DNA from: a bacterium
GTDB taxonomy: Bacteria; SZUA-182; DTGQ01; JAFGSM01
Assembly (NCBI GenBank): GCA_049472335.1
Contig: JBLIRO010000074.1
Coordinates: 1-24,460 of the forward strand
Length of the DNA: 24,460 nt
Reading direction: 5' to 3'
Below the pieces are notes generated by a model. It was not told the origin of the DNA. It saw only the letters and a list, made by a program, of their open reading frames with translations, and ran no database searches. This document shows, piece after piece, positions 7,955 to 15,276 of the stretch (the first letter of the stretch is position 1; each line of letters begins with the position of its first letter). The position numbers were made by a program, and so were the translations under genes.

Positions 7955-8530
7955 TCATTTTAGTATCCAATCGACTGCAGCGCTAATATCTTTACAAATA
8001 TAATCAGGTTGTAAAGCTATTTTATCTTTATTATTTTCCAGTTCCGTTCGGCCATAACCCGTCAATACGAGAATTGACTTTAAGCCGGCATTTTGAGCTG
8101 TTTGTATATCACTCAAACGATCCCCTATCAAAAAAGATCTTTTGAGATCTATTTTAAGTTCATCCGCCGCTTTCTTCAGCATCCCTGCCCTTGGTTTTCT
8201 GCAATCACAATTCATACGATAAGGAAATTGACCTTCGGTAGGATGATGAGGGCAAAAATAAATTCCATCAAAATAAGCTCCATTTAACGCCAAAAGCTCT
8301 TTAAGCTTTTGATTGACCTCATATACTGAATCAATTGTAAAGAAGCCTCTGGCAACTCCCGACTGATTTGAAACGCATACTACCGGCCAGCCTGAAACAT
8401 TCAGCCTCCTTATCGCCTTTGCTGCCCCGGAAATAAGAGATAATTTTTCGACATCATAAAGATACCCTATCTCCTCATTAACAGTTCCATCACGATCAAG
8501 AAATACACCTGGTCTCATTCGTCTTTCCAT
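7955..8530 (-). CDS. gmhB: D-glycero-D-manno-heptose 1,7-bisphosphate phosphatase
   Basis: HAD motifs FLDRDGT, SNQSGVARG, Zn site CPH..CDCRKP, IGDRLSD, LTGYG. The true start is probably ATG 8530 or 8518 rather than 8587. Confidence 0.93.
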   Translation of the reverse strand: MERRMRPGVFLDRDGTVNEEIGYLYDVEKLSLISGAAKAIRRLNVSGWPVVCVSNQSGVARGFFTIDSVYEVNQKLKELLALNGAYFDGIYFCPHHPTEGQFPYRMNCDCRKPRAGMLKKAADELKIDLKRSFLIGDRLSDIQTAQNAGLKSILVLTGYGRTELENNKDKIALQPDYICKDISAAVDWILK

Positions 8531-8576
8531 TTTTTTATAAATGCTCAATATTATTAAGATAATATCAAGAAAATCC

Positions 8577-9692
8577 TTATTTAACAAGAATAGGATGCAT
8601 AATCTTCTCTAATTCCGCTTGAGATTTCTTTAGTCCCATTTTCATTATCAAGAGATATATACCATCTTTACAATCTGTTGGTAACCTCACTCCATCCTTT
8701 TCCGTCGTTACAATATATTCAGCAGCCGACAACCTGGCAATTTCTTTGATTTTATCAATATCCCTTTCCGAATACCAGTGATGATCTGTGAAGATAATGG
8801 AATTTGCAATTATAGCACCAATCTCTTTTAAATTATTCATAAAAGAGCTTGGGTCGGCAATACCTGAAAAGGCGAGTACAGTTTTACCCTTTAGGTTTGA
8901 TAATGGAAGGTATTTTCTATCATTTAAAGCCGAGACAAAGTATACAGGTGTGTAAGAAGTCTCAATAATAGGTGCATCTGTATTGTATTTGCGTATCATA
9001 GAAAAGATTGATTCTAGATTCTGACCGGAAATTGACTTGTTCAAAAGAATCAAAGAAGCCCTGTTGATAGAGTTTAAAGGCTCTCTAAGCTGTCCACATG
9101 GGAGAATCTTATTGTTACTGAAGGGATCCCTGGCATTGATCACCAGAATATCCATATCTCTGAATAGTTTAATATGTTGAAATCCGTCATCCAGTATAAA
9201 ACAATCCGCCATAAATTTATTTATTGCAAATATAGCAGAAGCATATCGGTCTTTATTAGCTATTACTGGAACTCCCTGCAACCATCCGGCAAGCATATAA
9301 GGTTCATCTCCCGCTTCTTCAGGAAGTGAAAGCACTTTTTTGGTATCGGATACGATCTTTATTTTATGCTGTCCGCGCCTTTTATACCCTCTTGTCAAAA
9401 TAACGGGCCGCCGTCCATGTTCTAATAAAAATTCGGCTATCATGGCAACAACTGGTGTTTTTCCTGTACCGCCCACCGTGATGTTCCCTACAGAAATTAC
9501 TGGAAAAGGAAGATGTTTAACCGGGATCAATCCTATATTATAGGAAATTTTTCTTAGATGGACTCCCAATCCATAAAGAACAGATAAACCATGGAATAAA
9601 GGTTTTAAAAAAGGGTTTCTTACAAATTTATCCCATAAAGCTAAATATTTATCTCTTTGATCAATGGTTTTTAAAGGAACCTTATAATCCAT
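8577..9692 (-). CDS. lpxK: tetraacyldisaccharide 4'-kinase
   Basis: VISVGNITVGGTGKTP, TRGY, GDEP, LDDGFQH, P.G.LRE, SGIADP, DHH.Y, TTEKD. Confidence 0.96.
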   Translation of the reverse strand: MDYKVPLKTIDQRDKYLALWDKFVRNPFLKPLFHGLSVLYGLGVHLRKISYNIGLIPVKHLPFPVISVGNITVGGTGKTPVVAMIAEFLLEHGRRPVILTRGYKRRGQHKIKIVSDTKKVLSLPEEAGDEPYMLAGWLQGVPVIANKDRYASAIFAINKFMADCFILDDGFQHIKLFRDMDILVINARDPFSNNKILPCGQLREPLNSINRASLILLNKSISGQNLESIFSMIRKYNTDAPIIETSYTPVYFVSALNDRKYLPLSNLKGKTVLAFSGIADPSSFMNNLKEIGAIIANSIIFTDHHWYSERDIDKIKEIARLSAAEYIVTTEKDGVRLPTDCKDGIYLLIMKMGLKKSQAELEKIMHPILVK

Positions 9693-9765
9693 CCTATATC
9701 CTTTTATTTTTGATTTTCTGAATTAGTTGTTTAAAAAAGAACTTAGCTGTCATAATTTATAAATT

Positions 9766-10818
9766 TCATTCTGGCATATCACAAGAAAATATTTCGAAAA
9801 TCTTCGACGCCACTTCTTCAGGTTTTATAACCTCCATGCATAACCTTTTAGTATTCTTACAACGCCTTTTTCGGCACGGAACACAGGGCAAATTGGGCTG
9901 AATAACAATATTCCCGTATCCTATGGGACCTGTCCGTGCAGGATCAGCAGCTCCAAAAAGTCCTATAACTTTTGTACCAACAGATGTAGCAATATGAAGC
10001 GGCCCAGTGTCCCCGCTCACAAGCAAATCGCATTGGCTAAGTATTGCAGCCGTTTTTCTTATTGATAGCTTGCCGACCAAATCGAGACACTCAGAAGGAC
10101 CATTGCTTAAATATTGATTAACCAGCATTCTATCCTCCTCGCCACCGATGAGGATAATCCTGAATCCGGCAGCTATCAGGATAGAACTAAGCTTGTAAAA
10201 GTAGTCAGCCGGCCAGCGGTTAACTGAATGAGAGGCCCCCATATTGAAGCATATTATACCCTTACCCATATTATTCTCAAAGATATAGCCGTTAATAATG
10301 CCCTTTGCTTCCTCTATTTCATCCTCAGTAAGAAAAAAATCAAGATGTAAATCCTCTCTACATGCTTTAAATTTAGAAAGGGTTTTCAGATGATCTTCTA
10401 CGGCATGAAGTCTCCTTTCTTCCTCATTTATCCTCTTTTGTTTTTTATATAAAAAAACATATTGGGGCTTTAAAATAAGCGTAAGGAGTCTCCATCTCCA
10501 ATTACTCGGCTGAAAATTCAGAATCATATAAATTTGTTTTGGCTTAAGGGATTTTGCGAGTTTTATTACACGAGATACTTCCTTTACCCCCCTTCCCTTC
10601 TTGAACAACAAAACCTCATTAATATTTATATTTTTATATAAAAGTTCCAATGTAACCACACTTCCTGCTAAAAAAAGGACTACTGAACTTGGAAAACTAT
10701 TTCTAACGGCTCTTAAAACCGGTGTCATTTGTAAAACATCACCTATGGCACCAGGCTTTATTATAAGAATATGTCCTTTTGATTGCTTATCCAATAATTT
10801 TTCTATAAGTCCGGACAT
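9766..10818 (-). CDS. glycosyltransferase family 9, LPS heptosyltransferase (WaaF/WaaC-like)
   Basis: Intact GAIGDV and SGDTGPLHIA motifs, NRWP, LFG..DP.RTGP, C-terminal CVPC.KR.C...CM. Confidence 0.9.
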   Translation of the reverse strand: MSGLIEKLLDKQSKGHILIIKPGAIGDVLQMTPVLRAVRNSFPSSVVLFLAGSVVTLELLYKNININEVLLFKKGRGVKEVSRVIKLAKSLKPKQIYMILNFQPSNWRWRLLTLILKPQYVFLYKKQKRINEEERRLHAVEDHLKTLSKFKACREDLHLDFFLTEDEIEEAKGIINGYIFENNMGKGIICFNMGASHSVNRWPADYFYKLSSILIAAGFRIILIGGEEDRMLVNQYLSNGPSECLDLVGKLSIRKTAAILSQCDLLVSGDTGPLHIATSVGTKVIGLFGAADPARTGPIGYGNIVIQPNLPCVPCRKRRCKNTKRLCMEVIKPEEVASKIFEIFSCDMPE

Positions 10819-11106
10819 TTTGTGAATTTATCCAATAAATCATAAAAATCTATTTTCTTTGTTTATTGGTTTTTTTATACAAAAAATTTTCAATGACTTT
10901 TTTCATTATCTTATCAAGTTTAATTTTTTTTAAAAGTTTTATTAAATAGATAAAATAACAGGGTATGTATTATCCTATAATTTCCACATATTGACTACAA
11001 TATTAAATACAATATAAGATTTATGCAATATTTAACAAAATGAATCATCAAGTGTCAAAACCCGATCCATTGTTACGGGACTTTAATTATCAAAATAAAC
11101 CGATCT

Positions 11107-11122
11107 TGGCATGAAAATGGCA
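11107..11122 (+). promoter_or_regulatory. possible sigma-54 promoter of the metalloprotease gene
   Basis: TGGCATGAAAATGGCA: GG-N10-GC with a near-consensus -24 box (TTGGCAT); the -12 box is TGGCA rather than TTGCA. About 150 bp upstream of ATG 11270. Confidence 0.5.
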
Positions 11123-11269
11123 TTAATCTATTCCGTAAGGATAAAAACAATATAGATGTCTTGATAAATGTAAAAATAAATATTATTAAAATCTTTTAAA
11201 ATACATATTTGTTATAATTATATATAATAATTGTGCATATTATATTTTTTAACGAAATAACACACATAT

Positions 11270-13429
11270 ATGATGAAATCTATAAAAATATTTTTAAATC
11301 TATCGGTTCTTTGTTCATTCCTGCTTCCGATACTTTTTTCCCATAATATTAATTGTCAGGAAATAATAAGGGAAACCTTATCCCCCGAATCACTTAACCG
11401 CCTGGTTTCGGATATATATAGAAAACCAGAAAAGCAAGCCCGAAAAAGTCTTATAGGAGAGCAATCCTCTGGTATTAAAGGGAAATGCGCGACTCCTATT
11501 ATCCGGATGGCTCAAGCCCATCCGGATTGGCTGGATGAGGAGAATCGTTTTATACTCTTTAGACCCGATGATTCATCATATGTTCGTTATTATGCCCCTG
11601 ACGGATCTGTTTCCCTTGCATATAACACCCCTGAGGGCCACTTCAAAATTCACTACAGTGAATCGGGTTTCAATGCAGTATTGGGTTCAGACGGGATACA
11701 GTCAACTATTCCCGATTATGTTGTCTCATTTGGTTCATATTTTGAACAGGCATGGGATTATGAGATTGATACTAATAAATTAGGATATGACCCACCTCCT
11801 TCCGATGGCAACGAGGGAGGTGACAGCAGGTTTGATATATATATAAAAAGTATTAATTATTATGGATATACACAAGTAGAAAATGGTCATCCTTATATTG
11901 TAGTGCACAATAATTATACAGAAGGTTTTGAATCAAATTTAGATCCGGAAGGATCCAGAGCAGGAAACATGAAAATAACTGCAGCCCATGAATTTTTTCA
12001 TGCCATTCAGTACTTTTATGATGACTGGAATGATGACTGTATATGGTGGGAGGAGAACACCGCCGTTTGGATGGAAGACGAGGTTTTTGAAGATGTAGAT
12101 GGATATCTCAACTATCTTGGAAACCGTTATGATGATACTAATGGAAATCTCAGGTGGGACAATGGGGAAACCTGGTATAAATATGATGGTGATTATGGAG
12201 GCATATCCGGCAGGAAAAGCGATGTCTGGTTCGAAGCACCTCATATCTCATTAGATACGAGATATACTTCCTCCTTCGACAGATATGAATACGGCGGGGT
12301 TATGTGGGCCAAATACCTGGCTGCAAAGTTCGGAGATGATTTCATAAAGGACAGCTTTATTATTACTGATTACAATACGGATGCACTCACTGCAGTCCAA
12401 CAGGCCCTTCAGGATTACGGCTCATCTATAGAGGAGGCGTTTGCTGATTTCAGGGTCAAGGTGCTGACATTGGACCCGAATATCTTTGAAGAATGGAATC
12501 ATTATCCCCTTGTGCGTCACGAAGGGAATTATGGTGATTATCCCGTCAATCTGGATCTGGGAGAGGATATATCTCATCTTTCATGCTGTTATATAGGCCT
12601 CAAGCCGCCTTCAGGGGAATGGAAACTGGTTATTGATATGGATGGTCAGGACTATTCTGATTTCGGTGTAGCGCTTGTCCTTTTCAAGGATATAGGACAT
12701 GAGGTGCGATATATTCCCATTGATTTCTGGGATGAACAGGTCGGCAGGATCGAGATCGTATCCTTTGGAACGGAAGGACTTTACAAACGCGCTGCTGTCA
12801 TACCAATGAACCTCTCCACTTATCAGAATTACAGGGCCCTTGACATTTATGTCCAACTGAAAGAATTCGTCCAATATACTGTCCGCTTCAGGGGAGGAAT
12901 AAACCTTGTCAGCTTACCCGAGAATTTGCTGGGAGCATCAACCTCGTTTGAATTCCTTCAGAACTATTTCAATTCAAATGTAAAGGTTCAATTTGCAGGG
13001 TACGACAGCCTTAGCCAGTTATGGAAAATAGCATATCTTGATGATCAACCAAAAGGGGACCTTTTTTCCATTGACTGGAACAAGGGATATCTAATCTTCG
13101 TAAACGAAGACATGAATATCAATCTGCCAGGAGACCTCCCAACCATAAAAACGATTGATCTTATGCCAGGGCGTAATTTTATTTCCTCGATAATTTCTGA
13201 TAAAGAGGATTTGTTGCCTCAGAAAGTCCTTGAATCAACAAATTCTGATTCCGGTGAGCGGATATCAACAAGTATCCAGAAATATGAGCATGACAAAGGA
13301 AAACGAAAATGCGGATACTGGTTTTTCGGAAAGTTTGCTGGTGGGGATTTCATGATTGAAAAAGGTGAAGGATATATGATTGATATGATTAAAGGACATC
13401 AGGGGTGGTCACCAACCTCATCAAAATGA
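11270..13429 (+). CDS. secreted zinc metalloprotease (HExxH+E; MXAN_6640-like) with a C-terminal tandem beta-rich domain
   Basis: N-terminal signal peptide; HFKIHY, LGY.PP.SD...GGD.R.DIY, TAAHEFFHAIQ (HEFFH at 11987-12001), WWEENTAVWMED, YEYGGVMW. The family name comes from recalled motifs, not from a search. Confidence 0.85.
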   Translation: MMKSIKIFLNLSVLCSFLLPILFSHNINCQEIIRETLSPESLNRLVSDIYRKPEKQARKSLIGEQSSGIKGKCATPIIRMAQAHPDWLDEENRFILFRPDDSSYVRYYAPDGSVSLAYNTPEGHFKIHYSESGFNAVLGSDGIQSTIPDYVVSFGSYFEQAWDYEIDTNKLGYDPPPSDGNEGGDSRFDIYIKSINYYGYTQVENGHPYIVVHNNYTEGFESNLDPEGSRAGNMKITAAHEFFHAIQYFYDDWNDDCIWWEENTAVWMEDEVFEDVDGYLNYLGNRYDDTNGNLRWDNGETWYKYDGDYGGISGRKSDVWFEAPHISLDTRYTSSFDRYEYGGVMWAKYLAAKFGDDFIKDSFIITDYNTDALTAVQQALQDYGSSIEEAFADFRVKVLTLDPNIFEEWNHYPLVRHEGNYGDYPVNLDLGEDISHLSCCYIGLKPPSGEWKLVIDMDGQDYSDFGVALVLFKDIGHEVRYIPIDFWDEQVGRIEIVSFGTEGLYKRAAVIPMNLSTYQNYRALDIYVQLKEFVQYTVRFRGGINLVSLPENLLGASTSFEFLQNYFNSNVKVQFAGYDSLSQLWKIAYLDDQPKGDLFSIDWNKGYLIFVNEDMNINLPGDLPTIKTIDLMPGRNFISSIISDKEDLLPQKVLESTNSDSGERISTSIQKYEHDKGKRKCGYWFFGKFAGGDFMIEKGEGYMIDMIKGHQGWSPTSSK

Positions 13430-13443
13430 GGCAGGTGGGATCA

Positions 13444-14781
13444 TCATTCCTTTTCCAGCGTTTCCCTGATATTTTCTTCGTTTAAATTTCCGACAGCCTT
13501 ATCTATGGCAAATCCGGCTTCCATGATGTCATAATTTAAAGTCACAAAATCAGTTCGAGCCTTTACAAGTAGAAGATTCGCATCCAGGACATCGAGATTT
13601 GTCGCTTCACCCTCCTGATATCTGAGTTTAACTATTCGTATATTCTCCTGTGCATGTTCTATCTGCTTATCAATGGCCTTTAATGTTGCCAGGAGATCTT
13701 CCATATGAAGAAATGTTTCAATAACCTCGAGCCTGACCTGCTTTTTCATCTCCGCTTCCTGATATTCGGCCAAAGAATGATCATGGCGGGCCCTCCTGAG
13801 CTTTACATACCTGATCCCTCCCTCAAATATGGGAATAGATATACTGCCACCCACAGTAAAGATATCATCGTCAGGATAGAAATGTTCACCGCTTCTCTCA
13901 TATTCACCAAAAATTGAAATCATCGGGAAAAAATCCGTTTTAGCTAATGAAATACCCTTTTGAGCCAATTCTTTCCCCTTGACCAACTGTTGATAATCCG
14001 GCCTTTTTTCATATGCATTATTGATCATTTCGTTCATGCTTCTTTGATCCTTACGGATATCCGAAATAGAGTCTATTAAAAGGTTTTCATCTTCAATAAA
14101 TATTATCTTCCTTAGGGTTTCGTAACTCAAAGCAAGGGCTTTTTCTGCGTGTATCAGCTCGCTTTCTGAATTTGCCAGCTCCATCTCTGCCCTTAATACA
14201 TCGTTTTTTGCCACCTGGCCCACTTCAAATCTGCGTTTTGTTACCCTAAGGTGTTCGGCCAGCCGGTCTTTTGACTCTTTGGCTATTGCAAGCATCTCCT
14301 TGGCCTTTAATGTACTAATATAGGCCCTGACAACCCCGAATAAAACATTCTGCTTAGTTGCATCGAGACTTAATTCTGATATCTCAACACTTATATCCGC
14401 CTGAGGTCTCAATATAAAATATTTTCCCTGATCAAATAAAGGTTGACGAAGTGTTAATCCGAAGCTGTAGTTTTCATCCGGGAAGAAAGAAGAAAATAAT
14501 GTCGTTCCATCCTGATGCGTGTATTCAAAATCCCCTGATAATTTTGGAAGAATGGACGAAAAGGCTTCTCTTATCTGGAGCCTGGTCCTTATTACCCTTT
14601 CTTTGGCTGATTTTATTTCGGGATTCCTCTTAAGGGCTATATCCATACACTCATAAAGAGATAATTTTCTTGTTTGAGAAAAGCCTGTTTCCGGACAAAG
14701 AAAAATCCAATAAATAATCCCGGTAAGACACAAAATACAAGCAAAGAATAGTCTTTGTTTTATAAAAATCTTAAATTCCAT
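13444..14781 (-). CDS. TolC-family outer membrane efflux protein
   Basis: Signal peptide, LSL.EC...ALKRNP, two OEP repeats (LRQPLFD.G...RFEVGQVAKNDVLRAE; SIPIFEGG...RYQEGEATNLDVLDA). Confidence 0.93.
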   Translation of the reverse strand: MEFKIFIKQRLFFACILCLTGIIYWIFLCPETGFSQTRKLSLYECMDIALKRNPEIKSAKERVIRTRLQIREAFSSILPKLSGDFEYTHQDGTTLFSSFFPDENYSFGLTLRQPLFDQGKYFILRPQADISVEISELSLDATKQNVLFGVVRAYISTLKAKEMLAIAKESKDRLAEHLRVTKRRFEVGQVAKNDVLRAEMELANSESELIHAEKALALSYETLRKIIFIEDENLLIDSISDIRKDQRSMNEMINNAYEKRPDYQQLVKGKELAQKGISLAKTDFFPMISIFGEYERSGEHFYPDDDIFTVGGSISIPIFEGGIRYVKLRRARHDHSLAEYQEAEMKKQVRLEVIETFLHMEDLLATLKAIDKQIEHAQENIRIVKLRYQEGEATNLDVLDANLLLVKARTDFVTLNYDIMEAGFAIDKAVGNLNEENIRETLEKE

Positions 14782-14877
14782 ATAATTCCCTATTGAAAAA
14801 GAATTTCCACATTCCGAATATAATATCAGAACTCTATGTATTATTGCAAAATTGAATACAACAATTCTTTTTTTGTT

Positions 14878-15187
14878 CGCTAAAGTGCTTAAAATGTCAA
14901 GTACATAAAATTAATATAGTTGTAAGTTTAATTCTTTTTTTGTTATCAAAACCTTTTGCGCATATTCAAAAATAAGTTGACATTTTTAAACTCAGATTTA
15001 GGTTAAATTTTGATGATTCGGATAAACAAAATCGGAAATTGGAGAATTTTACGATTGAAAATCGTTAGAAGATGGCCTGAAAAATTGTCACACGGTGAAA
15101 TTATTTTTTGGCAGGCATTTAGGCAATTTTTTCAAATAAAAAAGTATTCCTTAACTTTAGGCACATGACACTTTAGGCACTTTAGCG
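14878..15187. repeat. 310-bp segment bounded by 37-bp imperfect inverted repeats built from CTAAAGTGC-like units (MITE/REP-like)
   Basis: 14878-14914 CGCTAAAGTGCTTAAAATGTCAAGTACATAAAATTAA versus the reverse complement of 15151-15187 CGCTAAAGTGCCTAAAGTGTCATGTGCCTAAAGTTAA: 31/37 identical with no gaps. No clear target-site duplication. Confidence 0.75.
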
Positions 15188-15276
15188 CACTTTTTTAAAA
15201 CATTAGGCATTTCCTTTGCTCTGGGCACCTTCTTTCCTAACCTAATACAATTCAAATTTAAAAAAACTGATCGGAA

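Noticed and set aside
8531..8587. Hydrophobic N-terminal extension of GmhB in the ORF track
   Set aside because: GmhB normally begins a few residues before FLDRDG. The extension is AT-rich spacer overlapping the lpxK stop.
13410..13437. Hairpin CACC-AA-CCTCAT-CAAA-ATGAGG-CA-GGTG over the protease stop codon
   Set aside because: The stem is short and interrupted with no U tract on either strand, too weak to call a terminator.
11270..14781. Protease plus TolC as a type I secretion pair
   Set aside because: The protease has an N-terminal Sec-type signal and no RTX repeats, the genes are convergent, and no ABC or MFP gene is present.
14845..14860. Sigma-54-like element upstream of tolC (minus strand TGTATTCAATTTTGCA)
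   Set aside because: It has GT instead of the invariant GG at -24.
15151..15209. CRISPR array or iteron interpretation of the CACTTTAGG repeats
   Set aside because: The units are only about 9 bp with no regular spacers, and there is no cas or rep gene.
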